A stretch of DNA of 48,435 nucleotides from Nemertoderma westbladi (taxonomy: Eukaryota; Animalia; Xenacoelomorpha): the NCBI GenBank assembly GCA_032718475.1, contig JAUCBJ010003736.1:1-48435 (forward strand), written 5' to 3'. Position numbers and translations under genes: made by a program. Of this stretch, positions 35,161 through 47,070 are shown piece by piece. Position 1 is the stretch's first letter; every line of letters starts with the position of its first letter. A model generated the notes under the pieces. It saw nothing but the letters and a program-made list of their open reading frames with translations. It did no database searches and was not told the DNA's origin.

Positions 35161-35601
35161 CTAATAAAATTCCATGTAGGTGACAGGTTGAATTAAGGTA
35201 AGTTCAGGAACTGAATAGACTCCCCGATTCGAAACTGCAATTGGAGGATGAATCTTCCTTATTACATTAACTGCTCCATATTCAGTTACATCGTCTTTCT
35301 GTGGCCATTTCCAATGCTTAGGGCCACTTTGTGTCATTGATTTCACTAGTGCTGACTGCTGGCTTTCAAGCAACCTAATAACTTTACCAGGATATAGATC
35401 TTTTTCATAACGAACTATAACAAAATCACCAGCAGTGATATCTAACGGAGCTAACATTACAGTCTCAGTATATGAATTTGGGGAATCAAAGTTGAATTGG
35501 TGATGTGTGACTTTCAAATCAGAACTGACACCACCACTGCACCAAGCAATTGAACTTTCTGTAACTGCTTTCACTGCGTGGATGTTTATAGTACCTGGCA
35601 C
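35161..35601 (-). pseudogene. Probable C-terminal fragment of a DNA-transposon transposase (Sola2-like; Tudor/SH3-like tail)
   Basis: PGT..IH, GDFVIVRYEKDLYPGKV, VKSM...G..WKWP..DD pattern recalled from transposase C-termini. The motif tta(c/t)gtaatctc recurs about 5 times between 34920 and 36520. Confidence 0.45.
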
Positions 35602-36879
35602 AAATAATTGTTAATCCATTAAATTAGTTACAAAAAGGAGTGTACTTTAAGGGCATGCTGCTATCTTAATATATATAGGCCTACAGTAAAGGGGTGTGAA
35701 CAGTGCTGTACAGTAAAGTTCCTCAGACTTGATGGCGGCGGCCATCTTGCTATTTAAGAGTGGTGGCCTAAACCCTAACCTGACCAACAAACCCTAACAT
35801 AAAAATCAAATAAACTACATGCTCATTAAAACTACTATACTCATCAAAACCCCTCGGCATCTCTTCTCATTCCAAGGTTTTCCTTTTATACATAAAAATC
35901 AGTTTTGCCTATCTTAGAGTTAGGTAACTTGTTCATGTTGAATGGCTAAAACGTTGTTTCAAATATCTCCTAAAAATTAATTCAAATGCAATGAAGCGAA
36001 AAAATATCTCCTGGCATCTCTAATTATTGGTGGGGTTTATTCACTAAGGTGCTTAAAGTATAGTCTACCTACTGTACAATAGAATGTTATTTATTGACTT
36101 TAGCCGAAAAAACTATCTTGGGGTTCCAGTATAGTTATAGCTCAGAGCATCTTATCCCTTGGTGGTCTATTTTCGCATCAGTGGGAACCGAATTGACATT
36201 TTCTGTGAAGAAAGCAAGATTGTATTTTTCTAGGCAATTGGCCTTTTATATTCCATTGAATTTACTTTACATGAGATACATTAGGATTATATGTAACGTA
36301 ATCTTCTCCATACAATGTTACGTTATGTAATCTCAATGTTACGTAATCTCCAAAATTGATAGTAAAATTTACATGGTTCTGGACAAGAATTACAAGTGAT
36401 TGTTGTATATTTATTGTTCCCAATGTACTACGAAACAGGAACTCATTTTTAATCGTCTGGAAACACTGTAATTAGCTATCTATATGAAAGTTCCTCGGTT
36501 TTCGTTACGTAATCTCATTAGCGATTGGCATGCATCAAATGTTTCAATAGTTTCACAATACAAGAATATGTCGATCAAAAATTAACATTAAATTGTCTGC
36601 AAGATGCCATTTATAACCCTGGCATATATAATTTACACAATTATGTGATGTTTTGGTCTTTTAGAAATAATTTATTTTTGACATATTTCCAGCTATAAAT
36701 GTTTACAAAATTGACCTGTTATAAATTTGTCCGATATGAGCACTTATCATAACAATTTCAACAAAATTCAATTAATTAGACAAAATATAACATCCCTGCA
36801 ATAAATTGATTCCATATAGGTACAGTCATTTGTAACTTCATAATATACCTACCACGTGACATTTACATGGAATCCATGT

Positions 36880-37185
36880 AAAGGTGATGTCAAGTGAAAT
36901 GATGTGAATTGATGTCAGATTAATTGAAATTAAGTGAATACAAGTCAAGTTATGTGGAATTAAGTGATGTGAAGTAATTTCAAGTCAAGAGTTTTGACGC
37001 AATGGCAAGTCAAGTCATTTGAAATAGTCTCAAGTAATTTAAAGTCATGTGCTTTCAAGTCATGTCAAGTGATGTTCAAGTGACGTCAAGTCTAGTGATG
37101 TGAAGTTATGTCAAGTCAATTGATGTTGAGTAAATATGTAAATTTAAGTTAAGTGATGCGACATGACTACAAGATATAAAGTAAG
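36880..37185. repeat. Degenerate pentamer simple repeat (AAGTC/AAGTG/ATGTC)
   Basis: caagtcaagt, gtgatgtgaa runs. Confidence 0.8.
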
Positions 37186-37582
37186 ACAAATTGTTTATAT
37201 AAAGTACTGGTTCGATTTAATGAAGCGTACAACCACAAACAATAGCATACATCAGATCGCTCTAAAACATGGTGGCCATCTGATGGTTATATAACTTTTC
37301 CGTTTTCTGCTATGATGGTAAGACAAATCTATATATGTCCTAGGGGAGTCCCCCAGCGTGTCACACTTCAGCACTTGCACCATTTTTTTTATTATTGTGA
37401 TTGATTATGTACTTAATAAATCTATGAAATTCAATCCAGTATCCTACTGATCTAGACTTAAAATCGATCTAAAATTGTGAAATTATACCGCCGGTGGAAT
37501 TCTGACGTTGAATAAAATGAAATTAAAATTAATAAGGACTACCTTTGTCTATGCTTTTTACAATATTTGAGCTATTTATTAC

Positions 37583-37756
37583 CTTCAGGTGTTTTGTTAT
37601 ATGAAGGAACCTCCCCATTGTCTAAAGAATTTCTCCGTTTTAATGCATTCAGTTGGGTTGTGAGGTTGTAAGCTAATGGGTCTTTCGATATCTTAGGAGA
37701 TTTAGTGTGGCGAAGAAAACTTCGTTTTGCCCTTCTGTTGAAAGCCGCTATTGTGC
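37583..37756 (-). CDS. KCNQ1: Probable KCNQ1-like coding exon (helix A-B linker), 174 nt, phase 1-1
   Basis: tttttcag acceptor, gaag|gtaata donor, and open in the phase required by the upstream exon: GTIAAFNRRAKRSFLRH...KRRNSLDNGEVPSYNKTPE. The sequence is not itself recognisably conserved. Confidence 0.6.
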
Positions 37757-37814
37757 CTGAAAAATATATTGTGTAAGAAGAAACATATACAGGAAAATAT
37801 ATCGTGTAAGTAGA

Positions 37815-38633
37815 AACAACCGACCTGTGACGTCACCAACCCTGCTCCTAACAACAAACCTGTAATGTCAACAACCCTCCCCGTAACAACCAACCTGTGA
37901 CGTCACTAACCCTCCCCGTAACAACCAACCTGTGATGCCACTAACCTTCGCCCTAACAACCAACATGTGACGTCACTAAACCTTCCCCGTAACAACCGAC
38001 CTCTGACGTCACCAACCCTGCTCCTAACATCAAACCTGTAATGTCAACAAACCTCCCCGTAACAACCAACCTGTGACGTCACTAACCCTCCCCGTAACAA
38101 CCCCAACCTGCGACGTCACTAACCCTCCCCGTATCAACCAACCTGCGATGTCACTAACCCTCCCCGTAACAACCAACCAGTGACGTCATTAACCCTCCCC
38201 GTAACAACAACCTGCGACGTCACTAACCCTCCCCGTAATAACCAACCTGTGACGTCATTAACCCTCCCCGTAACAACCAACTTGTGACGTCACTAACCCT
38301 CCCCGTAACAAGCAACCTGTCACGTCACCAACCCTTCCCATAACAACCAACCTGTGACGTCACTAACCCTCCCCGTAACAACCAACCTGCGACGTCACTA
38401 ACCTTCCCCGTAACAACCAACCAGCGATGTCACTAACCCTCCTCGTAACAACCAACCTGCGATGCAACTAACCTTCCCCGTAACAACCAACCTGCGACGT
38501 CACTAACCTTCCCCGTAACAACCAACCAGCGACGTCACTAACCTTCCCCGTAACAACCAACCAGCGATGTCACTAACCCTCCTCGTAACAACCAACCTGC
38601 GATGCAACTAACCCTCACCGTAACAACCAACCT
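37815..38633. repeat. 35-bp minisatellite, block 1 (~23 copies)
   Basis: Unit acaaccaacctgtgacgtcactaaccctccccgta. Confidence 0.95.
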
Positions 38634-39247
38634 TTTCTCTAGCGGTAGGACTGTATATTGAATTAAGCTTAACAGGGTCACATTATGACAATTAGCAATA
38701 ACAATAACAATTCGGACAGATAAGGCCCTATATCCAGCTTAGTTATTATATCAGATTAGAGTTGCTAGGAGTGACAGTTGTAAATATATGGTAAACAATA
38801 AACTTTATAAAATAAAAATATACTAGACCGACGGGCGCGCTGACTCACAACCAAGCCACAAAATAGAAGGCACATCAATAAACATAAAAAATAAAAATAA
38901 TATAATGTAGCAACATACAGTGAAATTTAATTTACATTACCAAATGAATCTATTTAATTAGCTAACAAAGACAGTTGAAGGAAAAAGGTATATATGCAAG
39001 CAAGTAAGTAAATATTTTGGGCTAATGGTTTTGTTTTATTGTGAAAGTAGCCGAAAACGCTGAGTAGAGACAATAAAGGTGTTTAGAAGGGAGAAATATT
39101 TGTTGTAATCGGTCGCAGATATACCTTGTCCCTCTAAAACAGAGTTGAATGACAGTGAAGCCCCCAGGGCTTCCAACCCAACCTTCAGTGTACGGCGGGC
39201 ACCAGAGTAACTCGGACAAGTTATAAAAAAGTGAAACCAACCAACTT

Positions 39248-39402
39248 ATAACAACCAACTTGCGACGTCACTAACCCTCCCCGTTACAACCAACCTGTGA
39301 CGTCATTAACCCTCCCCGTAACAACCAACTTGCGACGTCACTAACCCTCCCTGTAACAACCAACCTGTCACGTCACCAACCCTTCCCGTAACAACCAACC
39401 TG
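39248..39402. repeat. 35-bp minisatellite, block 2 (~4.5 copies), abutting the KCNQ exon
   Basis: Same unit as block 1. Confidence 0.92.
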
Positions 39403-39610
39403 TAATGGTATTATCTTTACTTTCCTCTCCGTCTGTCGCCCCAGCCTTCAGGTAGAGTCTCCAGACGGCCTTGGAGTTGAACTTGGGGTCGCAGGCGTAG
39501 ACACGCCACAGACACTGGATTACTGATGCAGCCGCTGGAATTTGTCGGCTAAAATGTTTTTGGCGCTGCTTCTGCTGAACTTTAAGCGCGAATCCAGAAC
39601 CGAGAATCCC
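39400..39610 (-). CDS. KCNQ1: KCNQ1 (Kv7.1)-type voltage-gated K+ channel exon: end of S6 and calmodulin-binding helix A
   Basis: Manual translation [41 protein letters not shown]; acceptor acttttcag, phase 0. Donor either AAA|gtaaag (exon end 39421) or CAG|gttggt (39400), both phase 1. Absent from the ORF track. Confidence 0.93.
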
Positions 39611-40192
39611 CTGAAAAGTGTAAAATAAGTTTATTTGTAAAAACGTTAAAATAAAAAAATTTAATTTAAAAAAGTTATATTAAAATAGATATTTAAGAAA
39701 AATTTATATCAAATGTTTATTAAAAAAGTTAGATATTTAAAAAACGTTAAGTCAAATGAAGTGAATTGCCATTACAGTTTTTTTTCTGGTCTTAATCAGC
39801 AACACAATTAGCAACACAATAACCGAATTAAGTTATAATTATTAATTAGGCGAAGATTTCCTGAGCATATAGAATTACAAGGATATTACTTAAATAATTA
39901 TATAGATTATAGAAGGGTTGAACTGAATCTAAACAAAGCAATAAACCAATTAGTATTTGTATAGTTATATAAGATAAAAAACACATAATAAGGATAAACC
40001 TATAAAAATTACAAATTGTTCATTATATATTATATTGTTTTAATTCCTTTACATAGATAAAATGTAAATGGGAATAGTAAAACCGAATGCATCATTAAAA
40101 CATGCTAAATATAAGTAAGTAATAAGTATAAAGTCTTTGACAAATTAAATAAAATTACATTAAATATAGATGATATAAGAAATTAAATAAAG

Positions 40193-40461
40193 GTTCCACC
40201 TTTGTGCATGGAATTCACATCACCCGTAGGTCGTGGGTTCGATCCTCACATGGGCCAGGGCAGTTTTCGTTTCGGCACGAATGCTTTAAAGGGACCAGCC
40301 GGGGCGCATCTCTGCCTTGCATCCTTAAGTGGTAGCTAAATGAGTACTGGAGTTTCCTCTGGGGAGTAAAGTTCTGGGGGGACCGCACTGGAAATAAGTC
40401 GTCGGACTTTGTGCGTAATCCCTGGCCTAGCGGCCGAAGAAAATTTACTTTAACTTTACTT
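40193..40461 (+). mobile_element. tRNA-derived SINE with Meta-domain-like core and (ACTTT)n tail
   Basis: B box ggttcgatcc; core gccttgcatcct..gtggtagctaaatgagtact; tail tttactttaactttact. Confidence 0.7.
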
Positions 40462-40465
40462 TTAA

Positions 40466-42159
40466 CCCTATTAGTACCGGGCTATAAAATGTTGTACAAA
40501 TACCCCCCCCCCCCCCCCCCCCCCCCCCCTCTAAAATCTACAAATATTTACGAAAACGTCTGATTTTTTTGTTTGTACATAGGTATCACTTGTCTGGATC
40601 CGACCGAAAAAATTTTTTTTCGAAAAACTGTACTGGGGTGGTTATATTGCAGCACCAAAATTACAAGTAGTGCACAATTTTCACAAAATTTTAAAGTTAC
40701 ATTTTCGGCTAATTATTTTTCAATACAGGTTTTCTGGGGTGTAAAATACAATGGAAAATATTTAAAAATGATATGATTACTATAAATGGCTGTTTAGTCC
40801 TCTCTGCGTAGGAAAAAAATGAAAAAAACAAGTAACCAGCACTTTTCAGTTAGAACACAAAATTTTAATTCACTTATACGATGCTATAAATTCACATTTT
40901 CAGGTTTTCGAGGGCGCTGATTCTAATGGAATACATTTCTAATATGCCAGATCATTGCTACTTGTATTTTTCGGCCTAATTTGGCAAATTTTGGTGCTAG
41001 CACCAAATTTCGTACCCATCACCAAAAAGTACAAGTTTGCGATGTCCAGTGCTGTTTTTATTGATTCCATCGGATTCAGGACCCTCATAAACCCGTATAA
41101 CGCAAGAAACAAGGTGATACTATCTACTGACCAATTTGCATATTTTCCAAAATTTAGTGCTGGCACAACAATTTTCAGTCACCGGCGAAAAATACAAGTT
41201 TGAAAACTCTTATGAAATTTTTGCTGATTCCATTGAATTCAGAACCCTCACAAACCCGTATAACGCAAGAAACAAGGTGACACAATCAATTGATATATTT
41301 GATGGTTTTCAAAATTTGGTGCTAGCACCACATTTTGCACCCACATCCGAAAAATACAAGTTTGAGATGTCTAGTTCGATAATTATATATTCCATTGAAT
41401 TCAGAACAGCCATAAACCTCTAAAACGCAAGAAATAAATTGTCACAAGCAATTTTATCTATTGAATGGATTTTTTCAAAATTTCGTGCTAGCACCAAAAT
41501 TTGCAAACAGCACCGAAAAATACAAGTTTGATACGCTTGGTGCAACTCGTATATATTTCATCGAATCCAGAACCCCAAAAAACCCCAATTGCGTAAAAAA
41601 ACAAGTTTCAAACAATCAATTTAGAAAATTGACATATTTCAAAATTTGGTTCTGGCACCAAAATTTGGCACCCACCGAAAAAAAAATGAAATTTCTAAAT
41701 AAATTTATATGAATTCCATCCTATTTCTAACACCAAAAAACCGGTGTGAATCAAAAATAAAGATTTTACAATTCATATTTAACGAAATGTAATTTTCAAA
41801 AAACGTCTCAAAAAAAGTGCCAAAAGTAGGGTTAAAAAATGGTGCTAACTCGAAAAGTCATTAACTCATTAACTTACGAAACTAATATTTATTTTATTTT
41901 ATATCCATTTTACTGTTAAATATAATATTGATTTTACCGAATTTCATTTACCCCGTTGGGGAGTGTATATTATTATATTATTATAACTCGAAAAGTACCC
42001 AATATTTTTGAAAACGGTTTTCACTACTAGGAAGACAATAGATTTTTAGGAAAAGTCATTAAATATCAGATTCCCAACTGCGTTTGTTTCAGAATTATAA
42101 TAAAAAAACCACGGGGGAGGGGGTCATATTGACCGCCCCCCCCCCCGGGTTTAATAGGG
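40466..42159. mobile_element. Non-autonomous piggyBac-type element with internal ~163-bp tandem repeats
   Basis: TTAA on both flanks (40462-65, 42160-63); TIRs ccctattagtaccggg / cccgggtttaataggg; about 5 diverged repeats at ~40980-41750. Confidence 0.8.
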
Positions 42160-42399
42160 TTAAATAATAAACATTGGACATTAACTCAGTCGAAAAATAT
42201 TAGAGTGCCTTGCGTACAGTGATATTGGTTTACGCAGCTTCTTTCTTAGACTGGAAGGTGTAAGAGGGACCCAAGCCACAGAACAGTACAAATAGTGTTG
42301 TGCAATGTACGTTTGGAATATAAATATTTTAGTCTTTTTACTCGCAAACCGAATGAAAAAGCTGAACTGGCGGACTATGTAGTTATTGCTATTACACCA

Positions 42400-43780
42400 C
42401 CTAAAAGGTCTCGGATGTGGCGGCATTGTGAGAGGATTCAACTCCGCCTCACTATCCCCATAAAGTTGGGAAGTGGCGCCCTTTTCAGCAATATTGGGGA
42501 TACGAGGTTAATCACCATTAACCTCGTATCACACCAATAACGGGGACAACATACAAGCCCCGAAGGCCACACACAAAGGGAGGTTAAACCTCCTGGAGAG
42601 GGAAAGTAACAGAAGCGGGGGGGGGGGGGGGGGGGGAGCACTCCCACAGAAATGAGAGGCGAGAATGAACCTACTAGCCAATCAGGGACAAGGGAGAGCA
42701 TCCGCTAGGTACTAAGGCCACAGTAGTGTAAGGGTGAATATATATACATTTACGTATACATTACATATATATACATTACGTATATACATTAATATCTCAA
42801 CTGTGCTATCAAGTATATTATATTATCATTAGTCTATATCAACATCAGAATAACAACAACAAACTATTTTCCAATTACATCGGAGACGCGTAACACAAAT
42901 TAACCGGTCGGGATCCTCTGATCCCGTCACATGCATTATGTTGTTTGCGCTTAGAGCCGCATATACCGGTACCAAACAGACGCTGAAAAGTGCACTAATA
43001 ATTACTACAGTAGGTGTCCGTCAGGGGGCGCCAACCTCAGTTACATTGTTTTGCATTTATATAGATAGATTGGTTACTTTGATGTCATCAGCTGTGCCGA
43101 CAGATGGGTTTTTGGGTGTTATACATGTTTTATTATTAATGGATGACACGGTTATTTTAGCTTGTTCCCGTGAAAGTGCAATTGCTAAATTAGAGGGTTT
43201 GAATTCTTTCTGTAAAATTTCTGGTATGAGAGTAAACGAAAAGTAAACGAATTTTTTTGTCATTAATGGTAATGCCTACGATAAACAACCATTTTGTAAT
43301 ATTATAGAAAACGTTACGGTGAGACTTTGTGAAAGTTATTTATACTTAGGTGTTTACTTTACTGGCGATGGCCGTGTAAATCCTAGTATATATGTGCAAA
43401 AATGGAAGTGGGACGAAACTGCGAATAAGTTTGCTATTTTTTGTTCTGTTAATTCTAGCATGCTCTTCATATTAAAAGAAAGGTTTTTGATGCAGCGGTG
43501 TTATCTGGTTTGTTATATGGTTCTGAATCCTGGCTATCTACCAACATAACACTAAAATAATATCTAGGTATTATTATTCCATGGTGAAATCGTTGTTAGA
43601 CGTGTACGCGTGTCGACACCAAATGAACTCTGCTTACTAGAAATTGGTTTACCTTATATACAGTAGATTATTACATTTGTCGAGCTAGGAAAAGTTTCAT
43701 TGGTAAAATGTTAAAAAATAATAACAGCGATTTACACTTCCGTAGGATATTTGATATGTGTAAAGAAAATAATACCAGTG
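42400..43780 (+). pseudogene. Decayed LINE RT fragment (LMDD-type), interrupted by a solo LTR
   Basis: GLGCGG|IMLFALRAAY rejoined across the LTR; GVRQGAPTSVTLF, LLLMDDTVIL, YLYLG. Confidence 0.8.
42427..42931 (+). mobile_element. Solo LTR (505 bp) related to the nested element's LTR
   Basis: TG...CA; ends ggatcctctgatcccgtcaca like the reverse complement of the 20549 LTR start; shares ccccataaagtt, gcaatattggg and ccaatcag; TSD ggcat/tgcat (1 mismatch). Confidence 0.85.
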
Positions 43781-43790
43781 AGTAGTAGGG

Positions 43791-44080
43791 TCTTGGCCGG
43801 CTCGGCGACAGTTAGACCCAACTCATGACTCATCGCTTAGGAATGTGACGCCTTGGGTGTCATTGGCGCCAGACTGTCTGGGTGACACCTCCCAATTAGG
43901 CTAATTAGACCCTAATTGACAGGTGTCATCAATTAATTAGTACAATTAAACCCTAATAGGGGTCTAATTAGTCTAATTGGGAGGTGTCACCCAGACAGTC
44001 TGGCGCCAATGACACCCAAGGCGTCACATTCCTAAGCGATGAGTCATGAGTTGGGTCTAACTGTCGCCGAGAGGCCCAAG
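43791..44080. repeat. Near-perfect inverted repeat (arms ~112 bp, spacer ~48 bp); foldback/MITE-like
   Basis: 43801-43912 is the reverse complement of 43961-44071 with 1 mismatch seen. Confidence 0.92.
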
Positions 44081-45309
44081 AGGGTGTCATAAGTGACACC
44101 GCGGCTCTTTTATTCATTAATACTTATTTATTTATACCTAATTTTAATTAATTATTTGCATTTTATTTTATTTGTATTTAATTCTAAATTAATTATTCAT
44201 TTGTACTTTATTTTAAATTAATTAATTGTATATATTACTTTTACTTTATACATTGATTTCTATTTTTAGATTAAGTAGTTTTTATATTACCAATGAGATC
44301 ACTATGACATAATGTCTATTTGTAACTTTATAATGGCCTATGGTATACGGCTCCCTACTGGCAACTATCAACTACGTTCATCGGCGGGGGCCCCTCCTCT
44401 GTCCTCATTATTCATTAACTAGATACGACAGGCAGTGAATCTACACGTATACCCCAAAGCAAATATAAATGAGCGGTCCCGTCTGTTAGCAGCCCCATCG
44501 ATGACTACAGCAAATTCGTATATCGCCCAAGGCTAATGCTCCAGCGGCCCTCTATTGTTCTCATTATAGCCGGCATCGCTTTATCCCTTTCCTATATCCA
44601 GGCAGCCCGTATCATAACAATGAAGCGCCTCTAATCACGCATTCCTCTCTACTAATCCCTTTCCTTTGCACCAGACCTGCTTCTGTTATACAGCCACGCA
44701 TCCCTATCGATAATCTAATTATGGTATCGCTAACCATTTTCAGTATACTGTATAATTAAATAGGGCCCTCTTTTAATACATAAGTTTATATATATATATA
44801 CAGTTTATCTTCAATTTAATTTGTTTTTATTTACAACCCTAATTGTTCTACTGTAATTTATGTTTTATAATAACAAGCTATATCCGGTTAATCCGTATTA
44901 ATTTTCTTTGTACTGAGGTTATCGAGGGCGCTCTTTCCAATGGTCCTATTCTCAAAACGATCTAACCTACTGTATAATTAATTACTTAAGACTGCGAGGT
45001 ATGCGTAATTAACACATCTCATTTACCAGTTTTCCTTAAAAACTATGAAGTTATATTGCTCAAGAGTTCTAAGGGGCGAGCCATGAGGCAAGATGTTTGA
45101 GACTTATTTAGATATATTATTACTTAATTTGACCCCCCAATCGGCATCTACTATGGCATAGGCTATATCTTTTGCAGAGTCACAGAGTAGTATGAAGTTC
45201 CCCAGTCTGCCGCTAGAGGGCTTAATGTCTCAAAGTGAAAACCATACGGTAGCCATGAATTGGTTACTAGGCAATAATACTGCATTTTGCAACGTTAGGC
45301 CTATTGCTG

Positions 45310-45401
45310 ACCGAACGAAAACTGCCCTGGTTCATGCAGGGGTCGAACCCATGACATACGAGAGATGTGAATTCTACGCAACCACTACACCAAGGTGGAA
45401 C
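45310..45401 (-). mobile_element. tRNA-derived SINE head (same head family as 40193)
   Basis: Minus strand gttccaccttggtgtagtgg (A box)...ggttcgaccc (B box)...ccagggcagttttcgttcgg. Confidence 0.7.
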
Positions 45402-45464
45402 AGTAACCTTCGAATTTGTTCGTTGACGTTCGAATTTGTAAGACTCTCATTTAAGACTTGACAC

Positions 45465-46615
45465 AGACTATGCCTCACCGAGGCATAGACTATGACTCAC
45501 TGAGGCATAGACTATGCCTCATTGAGGCACTGAGGCATAGACTATGCCTCACTGAGGCACTGAGGCATAGACTATGCCTCACTGAGGCATAGACTATGCC
45601 TCACTGAGGCATAGACTAGGCCTCACTGAGGCATAGACTAGGTCTCACTGAGGCACTGAGGCATAGACTATGACTCACTGAGGCATAGACTATGACTCAC
45701 TGAGGCATAGACTATGCCTCACTGAGGCATAGACTATGCCTCACTGCCTCACTGAGGCACTGAGGCATAGACTATGACTCACTGAGGCATAGACTATGCC
45801 TCACTGAGGCATAGACTAGGCCTCACTGAGGCATAGACTAGGCCTCACTGAGGCACTGAGGCATAGACTATGCCTCACTGAGGCATAGACTATGCCTCAC
45901 TGGGGCACTGAGGCATAGACTATGACTCATTGAGGCATAGACTATGCCTCACTGGGGCATAGACTATGCCTCACTGAGGCATAGACTATGCCTCACTGAG
46001 GCATAGACTATGCCTCACTGGGCACTGAGGCATAGACTATGCCTCACTGGGGCACTGAGGCATAGACTATGACTCATTGAGGCATAGACTATGCCTCACT
46101 GAGGCATAGACTAGGCCTCACTGAGGCATAGACTAGGCCTCACTGAGGCACTGAGGCATAGACTATGACTCACTGAGGCATAGACTATGACTCACTGAGG
46201 CATAGACTATGCCTCACTGAGGCATAGACTATGCCTCACTGCCTCACTGAGGCACTGAGGCATAGACTATGACTCACTGAGGCATAGACTATGCCTCACT
46301 GAGGCATAGACTATGCCTCACTGAGGCATTGAGGCATAGACTATGACTCACTGAGGCATAGTCTATGCCTCACTCAGTGCCTCACTGAGGCAGTGAGGGA
46401 TAGACTCTGCCTCACTGAGGCATAGACTAGGCCTCACTGAGGCATAGACTATGCCTCACTGAGGCACTGAGGCATAGACTATGACTCACTGAGGCATAGA
46501 CTATGCCTCACTGAGGCACTGAGGCATAGACTATGACTCATTGAGGCATAGACTATGCCTCACTGAGGCACTGAGGCATAGACTATGCCTCAGTGAGGCA
46601 TAGTCTATGCCTCAC
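45465..46615. repeat. 22-bp palindromic satellite (~50 units, with 8-bp actgaggc inserts)
   Basis: Unit tgaggcatag-a-ctatgcctca-c. Confidence 0.96.
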
Positions 46616-46789
46616 TTCAATATACGAGCACAAAAAAGTTTACAAGCACAGGTTCAAATCCAACTAAAGCTCTATATATTTTGCATTGAAGTGGAATACG
46701 TTAGATGCTGGGGGGAATCTGGTTTGCGAGGGATATTTGAATGGTGAGTATAACTATCCTTGAGAGTTAGTGTGACGTTATCTCACCAT

Positions 46790-46960
46790 GGATGGGCGGG
46801 CACTTTACCCCTGTACTCGCATCTGCTCTCTCATTGGCTGTTTAACTTTCCTCCCTCGAGTCCTGATTGGCTGCCTAACTCACCCTCGCACTCTGATTGG
46901 ATAATCCATTCTAGCCTCCCTCTATAATAACCCCCGTTCAACGCATTCCCAGTCATTCTC
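46790..46960 (+). promoter_or_regulatory. Pol II promoter: GC box, three inverted CCAAT boxes, TATA, Inr
   Basis: gggcggg ~46794; attgg at ~46834, 46866, 46896; tataataa at 46923; cagtcatt at ~46950. Confidence 0.7.
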
Positions 46961-47070
46961 TAAGTTTTATATTAAAAAGTTTTATTTATTTTCATAAAAG
47001 TTTAATTTATTTAAAATTTTGTAAAATCATTTAGCTAAAATTCAATATTTTCAATTGACATTGCTATATA

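Noticed and set aside
37815-38633. CRISPR or telomeric array (contains ctaaccct)
   Set aside because: Head-to-tail 35-bp units without spacers; the telomere-like word occurs only once per unit.
38634-39247. Possible LINE 3' fragment splitting the minisatellite
   Set aside because: No convincing protein motif, tail or TSD by eye; left unannotated.
40939-41712. Several 75-95 aa ORFs with repeated FQNLVLAP motif
   Set aside because: Products of the ~163-bp internal tandem repeat of the TTAA element; frames are not maintained.
45310-45401. Functional tRNA gene
   Set aside because: A and B boxes are present but no full cloverleaf; shares downstream sequence with the SINE at 40193.
45465-46615. 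CRISPR-like array of palindromic repeats
   Set aside because: No unique spacers, no cas genes, eukaryotic context; it is a tandem satellite.
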